The translations under genes and the position numbers were made by a program. Of a stretch of 64,000 nt of DNA, positions 41,263 to 54,749 are shown in pieces; within the stretch, counting starts at the first letter, position 1; the number at the start of each line of letters is the position of its first letter. The notes under the pieces were generated by a model. It worked only from the letters and a program-made list of their open reading frames with translations. It did no database searches and was not told where the DNA came from. Source of the stretch: Octopus vulgaris (Eukaryota); the NCBI GenBank assembly GCA_951406725.2, contig OX597819.1:133486001-133550000 (forward strand). The letters are read 5' to 3'.

Positions 41263-43384
41263 TTGCTATTTTCTAGCGATCAATGCCCATGAAAGTGAAA
41301 GAAGAAATGAGGTAGAATATAGATATGAAAATTGGTGTTAGGCATCAAAGAACATGAAGAAAACGCGTGTTTGGTCTGAGAAAAGCGAAAAAAAAATTAA
41401 GATTTAAAAGGCGGTGGTTTCAAAGCAGATATTGTGCATTGCAGGTGAAGCTCAGGTGAGAGGAATAACACAAGGTGACAGTAAGGTACGTTAAACCCAT
41501 CAAATTGGGTTGATGTTTAGAAGAGTTGTTCAACCTGTTTCGGAAGTACTGAGCTAATTACAGTGTTAAAACGTTTATATGTGAGCTTGTGCAAATAAAT
41601 TAAAGATACCACATGTTCTTTCAGAATGACTGCAATATTATTTAGACCTATGAAATTATTAGGTCCAATGAGTTAATAGTTCCTCTGGACGGATGTCTTT
41701 GTTAACTATTAAAACAAATCGACAGATTAGCCAAGTGTGGAGTTTTCCATTGGATACAAAAATACTAATGAAATTATATTAATATCGAATCGTTTTATTT
41801 TGACAGACATTGGCCTGAAGCTAATCTTGAATTCTTTTAGAAATTACGGTAAATTTTGGGGTAAATTTGGAACATTGATAAAGAATTAAATGATTTGAGT
41901 ATTAACGAATATTGATTTTGAATAGGCCAGAATGCGTGTCGAATGAATCTTTAGGTTGGGTATATAATCCTGTTTACTTTATATATAACATATTATTATG
42001 AAGCTCAACAACAGGCAAGTGTGTATGGGGCGCTGTCATTGTTTACTACAAAATCAGATCAATTCAGTTTGTATTTTTGTGTGTGGTGTGTGTTTGTGTG
42101 TGTATATGTATAAATACATATACATACACATATATAAGAAGTAAAAGACATACAGCTGATTATTTCTTGGTTATTTCTCAGCAACAACACTCCCAAATCC
42201 CCCCACCACCACCACCACCATTTACATATGAATGTAAATATCAGAGAAACCAATAATTCGTGTTTGATACTTTGAATGTTTCTTATCTGTTAAGTGAGAT
42301 CTATGACGGGAGTATATTTGAATTCGTACGAAATTATTTACTTATTCATGTAGTTTATTATTTATCTCGCCTAATTGTATGGGAACCGTTGATATTTGTC
42401 CAAAAGACTTTTCCTACATTTACGTGGTGTGTCTTTTGTATTCTGTTTCCATTGAAGAGGAAACAGTAGATATCTCGATTTAATAAAATAATTTATTCGA
42501 TACTGTAACAGCGATGGCGCAAGATGTCATGAAACTGTTTATTGAATAGTTTCTAAAGCGTTAACGAATCACCATCTCACCATCACATATTTTATATATG
42601 AAAGTAAACAGTAAATACTGCATTACATTTCATCGTTTATTAGGAGAGGCGTTCCAAACAAATCAACCAAAAGTAAACATTGATAATATAAACGAACACC
42701 TTAGAAAAATTTCCAAAATGCCTGTTTCCGAATAATGGTCATTATATGAAATATTTTCAGATTGTAATTGCAATAAAGAACTACGGTATCAATGGCTATT
42801 TTGATAGACATTCATTGTAATATAATAATGAACAAAAATGTATTTCAATAGAATGTAGTATCAAAAAGAATGAACAGCTAAACAACGACACCAATTGTTT
42901 ATTAAACAATTGCGCTGTGTTAGAAATTATTTTTACACAAACAATATGCTGCTAAGTTCCCTAATTAAACAACAAGATGAATGCAAAACCATTTCAATCG
43001 ATATTTGTGCTGTAATGTTATTATAAGGCTCTATATTTCGCAAATAGAAACAGCCTGTGAACTTGTGTCATTAAATCTGCCGATATATACAAATAAAAGG
43101 TAAGATATCTCTGATCACAATGCACTATGATAAAAACAATGTTAATGTATACAAAACACACTCACACACAAACCCTCTTGCACCAAGGCAGATGTACAAA
43201 CATAAGTATATACGCATAAAAGCACAACAATCTATCTATTGAAAGCTATTTTGTGCTGCTGGATTATCTCTAAACTTTTCCCGTATCAATGTCGATAGCT
43301 TAGTTTCAAAATTCTATTCCTGCAACCTCGGAGATGCGTTTCAGCTGCACTTTTGTATCTTTTCCATCATAAATATCATTTATC

Positions 43385-43500
43385 TTTCACTTCTATCAGT
43401 CACAAAACAGAAGCCATGCTGGGGAACTACTTCCAAGGGATTATTCGAACGAATCGACACCTGTATTTATCAATTTTAAAGCTTGGTCTTTTTACCAGAT
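43385..43500 (-). mobile_element. Degenerate 3' fragment of SINE family 1
   Basis: GCCATGCTGGG...CGAACGAATCGAC resembles the reverse complement of the SINE tail. Confidence 0.45.
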
Positions 43501-43578
43501 CTCTACGTTACATGTATGTATTTATGTATGCATGTATGTATGCATGCATGTATGTATGTATATATATATATGTATATA

Positions 43579-45200
43579 CAGTTGCGGCCAAAATGTTCAG
43601 AACGGCATTGCTGTCGTCAGAAAATTAGATATAATTTGTTTATCAAAGTTGTTTTATATTCCATAATTTTGACAGACAATGAATAAGATATTGTTTGTTA
43701 TTGCCTGAGAAATTGGGGTAATTTGAGAGGTTACTACAAAAGTTATGGATGATTTAGTGATTTACTGCAAAACCCATGGCGGCCAAAATGATCAGAGCGG
43801 TTGCTTTTACTCCGTGTTTTAGTATATTTAACCGGTGAACTCTAATGTTTTGAATTTGTTTACGTGACAGTTCGTTTACTAAAAATTAGTAAGAATATTT
43901 GCAGTGTACTTTGTTAATATAATGCCACTTACTCCGTTACCAATTCGTCAGCAGATTATTAAGCTTCGAAGGAAGGATAATTTAAGTATTGGATCTATTG
44001 CAAAGATTGTTAACAAGTCAAAAAGTGTTGTACACGGTATTCTTAAGGTCTACGATGATTGTGGTTCGTGTGAAGCAAGAAAGTTTACAGGTAGGCCAAG
44101 AAAAACGACCAAGAGAGAAGATCGTGTTATGGTAAAGTTGGTTAAAAAGGACAGATTTAAAACTGCTGCTGCTGTATCTCAAAAATGAGCATTGTATTGA
44201 AGAAAACTTTATCTTGAAAAACTGTGTCTCGTCGTTTAGTTGAACATGACCTACAAGCAAGAGCACCTGCAGTGAAGCCACTGATCAGCTCCAAGAATAA
44301 AAAGTGTCGTCTTACCTTTGCAACCGAACATGTGTTGTGGTCTCAAGAAAAATGGCAAACGGTGCATTTCCGTGATGAATCTAAGTTTATGTTATTTGGC
44401 TCAGATGGGTACGTTCGTAGAAAAGTAGGTGAAAAATTGTCGCCTAAATGCCTTAAGACTAGTGTTAAATTCGGTGGAGGAAGTGTCATGGTTTGGGGGA
44501 TGATATCTGGAGATGGTGTGGGCCCTTTGGTGCGATTACATGGAAAGTTAAATGCAGGAGTTTATAAACAACTTGTAAAAGATCATGTCTTGCCTGTGCT
44601 GAGAAATTCAACTAAGCGACCACCCATATTCATGCAGGACAATACCCCATGTCACAAGGCTAAGGTGGTCATGAACTTCATGAAGGCTGAAAAGGTTATT
44701 GTTATGGATTGGCCAGCTCAAAGCCCAGATCTCAATCCTATTGAAAATGTGTGGAATATTCTAGGAGAACGTTCGAAAGCCAGAAATCCTAAAACAACTG
44801 AGCAATTACGGAATGCCCTTCAGGAAGAATGGAATAAGATCACCCAACAAGAAATTGAAAATTGAATTTCCTCATGCAGTCGAAGATGTCAGAGTATGAT
44901 TGAAGCTAAAGGGCTTCACACTAAATATTAAATAATTCCAGTATTCTCTGTCATTTTTGATTATTTTGTTATTTTTTCAACCGTTTTGATCCTTTTGACC
45001 GCCATGGGTTTTGCAGTAAATCAATAAATCATCCATAACTTTTGTATTATCCTCTCAAATTACACCAAAATCTCAGACAATAACAATTAATATTGTAATT
45101 ATTGTCTGTAAAAAATATAGAATATAAGACAACTTTGATAAAAACTTATATCTACTTTTCTGACGAAAACAATGCCATTCTGAACATTTTGCCGCAACTG
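43579..45200 (+). mobile_element. Tc1 (DD34E) transposon with ~220-bp IR/DR-type terminal inverted repeats
   Basis: TA-CAGTTGCGGC...GCCGCAACTG-TA; TIRs ~43579-43803 / ~44978-45200; outer and inner direct repeats GCGGCCAAAATG(T/A)TCAGA(A/G)CGG. Confidence 0.95.
43922..44931 (+). pseudogene. Tc1 transposase pseudogene
   Basis: MPLTPLPIRQQII...GRPRKTTKREDR, frameshift near 44185, HFRDESKF, GGGSVMVWG, MQDNTPCH...WPAQSPDLNPIE (DD34E), stop at 44863-44865, original end KGLHTKY* at 44931. Confidence 0.92.
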
Positions 45201-45246
<46 letters not shown>

Positions 45247-45267
45247 CTTAGATATATATATATTTAG

Positions 45268-45430
45268 GACGGGCTTCTTTCACTTTCCGTCCACGAAATC
45301 CCCTCTTAACGTTTCGGTCGGCCTGAGGCTATAGCAGAAGACACTTCCCAAAAGTGGCATGCAATGAGACTGAACCGGAAACCGTGTAGTTGGGAAGCAA
45401 GCTTCTTACTACAGAGTCATGCCAGCACCT
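45268..45430 (-). mobile_element. 5' half of SINE family 1
   Basis: Reverse complement of the SINE head through GACGGAAAGTGAAAGAAGCCCGTC. Confidence 0.75.
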
Positions 45431-45525
45431 AATGTATATAATATGAATTCTTGTAGTAAAAAATACTTGATTAAATTCATAAAGGAATATATATGTGTGT
45501 GTGTGTGTGCATACATACACACATT

Positions 45526-45560
<35 letters not shown>

Positions 45561-45689
45561 GTATGTGTGTACATATATATATATATACATGCATATATAT
45601 GTATATATACATATATATGTATATATATACATACATACAAACAGATATATACACACACATACACATATACATGCATACATACATACATA

Positions 45690-45858
45690 TATCCAAACTT
45701 AGTTATGGGATACTTGGAAGAAAAACTTTATGAGGAAATAGAAAAATCTTTTCATCAAGATTACAAGAAATATATCATTAAAAAGCGGAAACGTTTCCTT
45801 GATGATTGCTTCATCCTCTGGGACAAATGGAGTGAAGGTCTAAGCATATTTAACAATA
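45690..45858 (+). mobile_element. Penelope-like RT fragment
   Basis: [14 protein letters not shown]...KRFLDDCFILW, matching the PLE RT motifs 'YANL.MG..E' and 'RY(L/I)DD.F..W'. Confidence 0.8.
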
Positions 45859-45860
45859 TA

Positions 45861-47372
45861 GGAGTAGGAGTGGCTGTGTGGTAAGTAGCTTGCTTACCGC
45901 TTACACGCACGCGCCGTTGTTAGCGTCGTTCTTAGCACTAAGGACGTCGCACGCTATTTTGTAGCTGCGAATTAATGACAAAAAGAGCCCGACTGTAAGG
46001 CTTTTGTTTTTTAGGTCCAGTGGAGGTTTGTTGTTTGGTGTGTCATATATTTTCCCAGGCAAAGAGTCATCACTGGATTCTAGATATTTGTCGGCTTACA
46101 GTTGAGCATTATTGTTTACTTAAGATGAATTGTTTTGGTGGGCGTGTCTCGCCGTCAAGAGTTTGAACTGTGATTTTCCTTGTAGCTGCCAGTTAGATTA
46201 CCAGTGAACGGAGGAATTTTGCATGACATAATAATTTTGTTCCTGCTGACGGACATTTTTTGTGAACTCTCAACGTGTTCTGAAAACTGTTCCTGTTTTT
46301 GGAGTACGAGTTAGACCTAAGAGTACTCAGTGGGAAGGAAAAAAAGAGGAAGAGAAAGATAAACTGGACATTGTCGGCAGTCCTGTACACAATACCGGCA
46401 TGTCCCAGAACCTCGTCGGTGGCATTTGTGCCACCGACGGGTGAAGAACCATCGTCGGTGGGGATTGTGCCACCGACGGTTGAAGGAACGACCCCGCTCC
46501 CTGAAGACTAGGAATTACTTGTCTTTTTATACAGGAGTGGGGGGTGGAAAAAATGGGGGAGGAACTCTAAGAGAGATTAAATATGGCCTGCATTCGGGAC
46601 CCTGAATGGCCTCTGCAGATAGGTGTGGAGATCATAAAGTTATCTATGTTGCAAAAACTGAAAAAAACTGAAAGAGGAGTTTCTCTTATGGTCGGGTGGC
46701 CCTAATACGTCACACACCACATTTTTGAATGAGGCATGGGGAATGGTGGGCTGTGGGGTCATAAGTGATACTGAAGATGGTGGACATTAGTGTTAAATGC
46801 TAAGAGGTTTTCAAACCTCATACCATTTTAAAGAAAATTTTCGGGAAAAGGCGGTCGGCGGGCGCCGTTCGTTTCCCGCATTCATTCATAAATTTTTCAT
46901 TTCAACTCATTAATGTAAATGTCCAGCTCGCAGCTACATCTGTGTAATGCCCTTGTGGCAAATTATATGAATAAAAGTAGCTTGCTTACCAACCACATGC
47001 TAACGGGTACTGTGTGGTACCTTGGGCAAGTGTCTTCTACTATAGCCTCGGGCTGCCTAAGCCTTGTGACTGGATTTGGTAGACGGAAACTGAAATAGCC
47101 CGTCGTATATATGTATATATATACACATATATATATATGTATGTGTGTGTGTGTGTGTATGTGCATATCTTGGTGTGTCTGTGTTTGTCCCCCCAACATC
47201 GCTTGACAACCAATGCTGGTATGTTTACGTCCCTGTAACTTAGTGGTTCGGCGTAAGAGACCAATAGAATAAGTACTAGGCTCAAAAAGGATAAGTACTG
47301 GGATCGATTTGCTCGATTAAAGGCGGTGATCCATCATGGCCACATTCAAAGGACTGAAACAAGTAAAAGAAT
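45861..47372 (+). mobile_element. SINE family 1 copy split by an insertion (head 45861-45898, remainder 46975-47372)
   Basis: The head and body rejoin into a complete SINE once 45899-46974 and one copy of the TSD are removed. Confidence 0.85.
45899..46974 (+). mobile_element. 1,076-bp unclassified retro-insertion (possibly non-autonomous Tx1/L1-like) with 16-bp TSD
   Basis: TSD AAGTAGCTTGCTTACC at 45883-45898 and 46975-46990; CpG-rich 5' end; 3' end TGTAATGCCCTTGTGGCAAATTATATGAATAA(A); possible zinc-knuckle remnant GHCRQSC. Confidence 0.75.
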
Positions 47373-47767
47373 ATAGGGGGTCACCATCCTTAAACCCATT
47401 CCAATACAATGGTAAAGAACTAAATGAATAAATAAATAAATGAATGAATGGTGAGTAGAAAGGGGGATCCCCCTTCTCTCTCTCTCTCTACCTATCTATC
47501 TGTCTATCTATCAGCCTATTTACCTGCCTAAATTTCTACCTCCATTGTGATGGAATTTCACCCAAATAAGCAAAAACTATGTTCTCCTATAAACACCACC
47601 TCCCACCCAAAAAAAATCCCCAAAAAACATCTATTTTATATAAATGAACAAGTTGTTTGTACATTCACAAAATTGTATTTGACAAGTTCGAGAAAGGAAC
47701 GAAAGCACTAATAATAATGAAGAAATAAAAGGATTTTTTTCCAAAATTCTGACGACTTTTTTTTCTC

Positions 47768-48057
<290 letters not shown>

Positions 48058-48114
48058 CTTTTCCATGAATGAATAGATATTCAAATAAATATTTGTCTAG
48101 ATACTATTATTATT

Positions 48115-48647
48115 GAGTGGGAGAGCAGTGCATGCCATCAAAGTGACACTGGGGTAAAATATACAAAGCCCGTCATGACTCCCCCTCTGATAAAGGTACA
48201 CCGGGTACATGCATCGCAACCATATATGCGTGACATAGTGATCTCATATCAAGATAAATAGCGCATGACCTTGCAGGTGGTGTCCTCTGGTTGAGTAGCC
48301 CATCCCGCTCAAAAGGTCCCTGAATAAGGATTGTTTAAGGATGTTGAACGAACCACATGTTTCCAAAGGTGAATTATCCAAACCTCCAAGAATTCCTCTT
48401 AACACATGGCTATGATGCTCCGCCACTACTTCTGCTCGTGATCAGAGATGCACATATCGTCAGCCACGAAGGGACATGCTCAACTGGTTACGGTCAAACA
48501 ACTGACAAGCAAATCTGTGGTATTGAGCAGAATATTTGCTGTAGCCGATCTTTTATACCAAGACAAAACAATGTACATGATAACACTTCCAATCAGTTAA
48601 GATCAGAAGCCATGAGAGCCACTGCCTGGTACTGCATCAGGGCATTT
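48115..48647 (-). mobile_element. Longest copy (~530 bp) of the non-coding (TAA)n-inserted retroposon
   Basis: Three copies share the 3' end ...GCACTGCTCTC(T/C)CACTC-(AAT)n and have variable 5' ends. No ORF and no clear Pol III boxes; flanked by TTA repeats. Confidence 0.8.
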
Positions 48648-48660
48648 ATTATTATTATTA

Positions 48661-48687
48661 TTCAGTAGTTTTATTATTATTCAGTAG

Positions 48688-48694
<7 letters not shown>
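48661..48694 (-). mobile_element. Two tandem ~15-bp 3' tips of the R4/Dong element
   Basis: TTCAGTAGTTTTATT occurs twice, identical to the element terminus at 8511-8525, embedded in (TTA)n. Confidence 0.7.
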
Positions 48695-48751
<57 letters not shown>

Positions 48752-48951
48752 AGTAAATAAATAATATTACTAATAGTAATATAAGTGGCCAGCAAGCATT
48801 TAAACCGATAATGGGCAAATCCATAAATTTTATAATTAATTGAAATTAAAATTGAGGGTACACGAGGTATACACGCCCCCCCCCCCCCCCAGACACACAC
48901 ACATACACACATACATACACGCACACACACACATATACGTATATATATATT

Positions 48952-49034
<83 letters not shown>

Positions 49035-49393
49035 CCGTTGAAGGATTAAAATTAATCAAAGGGCATACTAAATATGTCTGCCTGCTGTAAACAACAGACA
49101 AAACTTATTGAAATCGGCAAAATACACTGATAATAACTACAGAAAACAACCGTCCGAAGGCAAACGGGCTAAGACCGGCCTAAGAATGGCGGACTCCCCC
49201 CTTGAAGCGTAGACACAGAAGCCAAGACTTTTACTGACATGTGTTTAACTACAGTCACAGCAGCTGCTGTTCCACGCAAACCGTGGAAAAATAAAACTTC
49301 CAATGGCATATCCATGCTCTCGGGAGACTAACGAACGTTTCCATACACACATACATACATCATACACACACGTATTCGTGCGTGCATGTGTGC

Positions 49394-49465
<72 letters not shown>

Positions 49466-49548
49466 GCTTATTATACATATTTTAATATAAATACATACAC
49501 GTATACATACACATAAGTAGATAGATAGATAGATAGATAGATAGATAT

Positions 49549-49581
<33 letters not shown>

Positions 49582-50026
49582 CAGATAGATAGATAGATAG
49601 ATAGATAGATAGGCACATCGTTAAAGTAAACTTCAAACACACTTTGCGCTAATTACAAACAGCAAGTTTTACTTAACTACGTTGCAAGCAGTTTTCCGAC
49701 AGGTAACTAAATCTATGGTAATCTTTGAACTCCTTCGCTATCTTCAACAGGTATCTAACGGTCCTATGCGTTTCATCTTGCTTGTATGTTTCGCCTGATT
49801 GGAGAGACAAGGATTAAATTAGTATTCGCTAACGGAAGGGTTTCATCTGTGGTTCCTTGTCAACCACAGCCACCTTGAGCTGATCCCAGTTAGTATGGCT
49901 ATCTTCCTAATGATCATAGGACTATCTTATATACACGCAATTTATTGCCGGCCGCAATACACAGTAATATGAAAATTTCTTTCTTTACCTTGACCTAAGT
50001 TAAACATTTCAATGTATGTCTCTGTA

Positions 50027-50076
<50 letters not shown>

Positions 50077-51141
50077 TGTTTGTGTTTGTGTGTGTGTGTT
50101 TATGTGTGTGTCTGTATGTGTGTGTGTGTGCACGCTCGTGTGTGTATGTATGTGCTCCTGTGTACTCGCATATGTATGCGTATGTGAGCTCATGTGTTTA
50201 TGAATGTTTATTAAACAGTATGATAAAGCTTAATCGAGGAATTTATCAGATGGCCACTAAGTTCTCTTATTGAACTCAGAGTAACAGTATGTTAGTTAGA
50301 TGTTTGAATATCCTATAAACACGCGCAAATGGGTATTTCTATGAACATGAACAAACAAATAAACCTATGGACATACATGAATTCGCTAGCTCCGCTCTTC
50401 CTTTCTGCTCTGAAAATATAGTATGATGATCAAAGACAGCTCTCAATCTGTATGACAAAAGCAAATATGGTTATGAGCTGGAAATGAATGCTTATACATC
50501 TATCCAGAGAATATTAGGCTTTCTTGTGTTTCTGTGCCGGAATCACCGAACAATAATAGAGGCTCAACAAAGCGTATCAAAGTGAGTACACGTTAGTCGC
50601 CCAATGGGTCGTATACGAATGAAAAGCTAAAAGGCATTTTCTTTCCGATATAAATTTGTGTTGTTATAATCTCATTAAATATTGTCTTTATTGAAGACCA
50701 ACAGAAATAAACCACTCCAGCCTTGTAAGCGATTCCGACAATTTTATATAATTGACATTTGCTTAACCGAGTATTATATATCAAGCGCACTGGCTTGTCC
50801 ATTAAAGCTAGAATCGTTCAAAGATCAGTTAGGCGCCCTTACGCGCGCGTACACACATTCAGGAAATAAGACATACACATATATACACAAACACCCATAT
50901 TACCACACGAATACACACACACACACATATATATGTATACATACATATATACTTTATATGATATACATTTCATGCAATATGGTAATTATACAAGTCGTTT
51001 ATTACATAACTTATATTTAAAGAAAAAATTCAGTTGTAACCGAATACGACATTATCGCATTTCTGTAGTCAAGCGACAAATAGGCGGATAAGAACCGATA
51101 TAGATCTTATGCAAACTCGATAATACACACTCGTACACACA

Positions 51142-51193
<52 letters not shown>

Positions 51194-51967
51194 TCCTCCC
51201 TCTCTGTCCGTCCATTTCCCTTCCTCTCTCACTCACATACACAGATATTTGTTAAAATTCTTTTGAAACGCCAGAAGTAAGGAAAGCAAAACAACAGTTG
51301 GCACTTGACATTATATTTATATTTTGATATTTCAAAGTTAAAACACTTTTTATAAAGAGACAATGGACGCAGATAAAGAGTCGGCAACTTCTACAGTTAA
51401 ATTGGAGGACAGCTACGACATGCACGGTCTTCACTATTGTTATGGTAGACAATACGCTTCGTGCGATTCTTATCTATTGTTAATAGACAGATTCAGTTTA
51501 TCAATGTAGAGAGACTCATTAGTTCTGAAATTCTCAAAGCTCTGTCACGTGGCATTGAAGCCAAGCGTGATATTTTGGGTGTGATATTTCTTAAAATGTT
51601 TCTTTACTCAACTATTTGTGTGGACACGGACCTTAATGTTAATCTGAAGATTGTGGACAATTCTTCTGATACACGATCCGCTCTAAACATTGCAGACTGC
51701 ATGATATAACGAAATAAGCGTGCATGCACATACGCACATTGTTAATGTAGCAGTTAGTCTTTGCTGTTGGAATAGCAGTGCTTATATCTTTGAAAAGAGA
51801 AAATTAGAATTTTGTTTTAAAAGTAATTTGATTATCAGATGACAGTGTGATGTTAATATGACAATGGAAGACGTTTGCTATTACGTGCATTTAAAAGTAT
51901 TTTGACAATGTTTACAGATTAAAAAGTTTTGGGGGGGTTACATAGTATTTTCCTCACGTTATAAGCA

Positions 51968-52372
51968 GGCGTAGGAGTGGCTGTGTAGTAAGTAGCTTGC
52001 TTACCAACCACATAGTTCCGGGTTCAGTCCCACAGCGTGGAACCTTGGGCAAGTGTCTTCTATGATAGCCTCAGGCCGACCAAAACCTTGTGAGTGGATT
52101 TGGTAGACGGAAACTGAAAGTAGCCCGTCGTATATATGTATATATATGTGAGTGTGTGTATGTGTGTCTGTGTTTGTCCCCCCCCCCAACATCGCTTGAC
52201 AACTGATGCTGGTGTGTTTACGTCCCCGTAAGTTAGCGGTTCGGCCAAAACACCGATAGAATACGTAATAGGATTACAAAGAATAAGTCCTGGGGTCGAA
52301 TTGTTCGACTAAAAGCGGTGCTCCAGCATGGCCACAGCCAAATGACTGAAACAAGTAAAAGAGTAAGAGAGT
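51968..52372 (+). mobile_element. Full-length tRNA-derived SINE family 1
   Basis: Aligns end to end with 23319-23770. Confidence 0.9.
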
Positions 52373-52374
52373 TC

Positions 52375-53990
52375 CCGTGAGCTCTATTAAAAATGTGTTC
52401 CAATTTGGGATTTCCTAGTAACTTGGATAAGTAGTAATCAGCCTCTTTTGATATCATTTCTATGACAACAGGTATTATTTTAGTCTTGAGGTTCCACATT
52501 TTGCCCATTTATATTTCCAACTCTTTATAATTGTTCATTTTAAGTAGGTCTTGACAGATAAATTTATGTCCATTGGGACAGTCATATCGATGAGGAGGCA
52601 TGATTTGCATCTATCTTTCTGTCAGTTTGAATAGTGAAGTAGGATGTGATTATTTTCAAGCACTGGAGGCGGTTTGTGTTTCCACAATTTTTTATGAAGT
52701 CCAAGGCTTTGCAACTTATCCAGAGAATATATTGTGCTGTTCTATCATTCCTGTTGAGATACTCTGTAGGCGCAAGAAGGCTGCACACGGAGACAACATG
52801 ATCGATGGTTTCATTTTGTTGCTTAAATTTGCTGCCGTTCTTTAAGATGTTTACCTAGTAGCTTCCTGCAGGCAGGCATTGATCTTGGGCTGCTATGATA
52901 AACCCTTCTGATTTTAAGCTTGAAGACTAACCATAGATGAGTAAGAGTTTTGTCAATATCAGCATTATTAACTCTCTTTGTGTTTTTCCTGTCATTAATC
53001 AATAAGAATATCTAAAGCAGTAGAATTTGCACGGGTTTTCATACGCTTACCTTTTTCTGTGCTTGTTTCTAGCAGTCTAATTCTGGGATTTGTTGTATTT
53101 GGAATTCAATTAGATATTTCCTTGCCTGTTTTATTACTGAGTATAACGTTTTCTTGTTGTCATGCTTTAAGACAAGTTTTAGTATCCAGTCATCTGAGAT
53201 TTTCAGGAAAGTGTTTAGGCCAACGGTGCCAATATTCATTGTCAGTTCTAGTTGTAAACCTCCACGGTCACCCTCTTTTCTTGGCAAGTAAAGTCGTTCT
53301 ATAACTGCCTTAGGTTCGTGCATTCTATGCATTGTCAAAAATTTTCAGATTTTTCTGTCAATATTACAAATTTCAGTAATTGTCCAGTTACTGATATTGA
53401 AACTGTAAGTCACGACTGATATGGCTAAAGTATTGGTCACTTCGATCTTGTTTCCTGCATTCCGCTCTGTCTTGAGTATTGTACTTACCCTGCGGTAACA
53501 TTCCTTTCTAATCTTTTCTCCCCATTATTGAATGTTTGATTCCATCACCGTCAGATACCATTCGGTATTTGTAGCTCTCCGCTGGTTCTAACTCCTTTAT
53601 AACATTTTGTTGTTCAAGATTAACCTTGGATGTCTGTATAATCATTCCTCTGACAAAGGTAGCTTTTGCACATTTATCTAGGCCAAATTCTATTCTGATG
53701 TCATCACTGAACTGTTTTACGATTGCTAGTAAAGCCTGTAGTTGTTAGTCATCTTTCGCAAAGCGCTTTAAATCATCAATATAAAAGAGATGATTTATAT
53801 TTTCATTTAAAATTTTACATCCATATTGTACATCATCGAGCAATTTCGAAAGAGGTATTAAGGCTTAACAAAAGAGGAGCAGTATAGAAAGTCATCCTGA
53901 AATATGCCACATGAAATTCTTACATTCCCAGCATTGAAAGATACATGGTCACTATTCGAAATCAGTGTTGTTTTCCATGACCTCATACTT
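52375..53990 (-). mobile_element. Degenerate R4/Dong-type LINE
   Basis: Motifs GIFQDD, HLFYIDDLKRFAKDD, IEFGLDKC, HEPKAVIERLYLPRKEGDRG and MWNLKTKIIPVVI. Confidence 0.8.
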
Positions 53991-54014
53991 AAAGATTAGA
54001 AATTGTGAAAATAT

Positions 54015-54320
<306 letters not shown>

Positions 54321-54686
54321 TTCTTCTCCTTCATTCTTTAAAGTTCGATAAAATGAAGAGCTACTTTGACACTGGGGCCCATGTATCCGACCAATGTACT
54401 CATCCTAAAATTACTGGCCTCGTGTGCAATTTCAACAATTTTTACCAGGTAAAGTATTGGTCCAATTATTAATGAAAACAAAAACTGACCAGTTAAACCT
54501 TTACGAATTCCTTCATAATGCAAAAATATTATTAGAATATATCCAACGTGTGGTTGGTTCTTCTTTTAGTGAAACGCCTTCGACAATGAAGAATAACATA
54601 GAAATACATACACACTTATCGACAGACATTCATATATATAAACACATATATATATATTTATAATATACATATGTGTGTATATATCT

Positions 54687-54749
<63 letters not shown>

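Noticed and set aside
46405-46485. CRISPR-like palindromic repeats
   Set aside because: Only two adjacent units, no unique spacers, no cas genes, and a eukaryotic context.
48560-48647. HDV-like ribozyme at the 5' end of the (TAA)n retroposon
   Set aside because: GGC-TCTCATG-GCT resembles P3/L3, but I could not find matching P1, P1.1 and P2 pairings.
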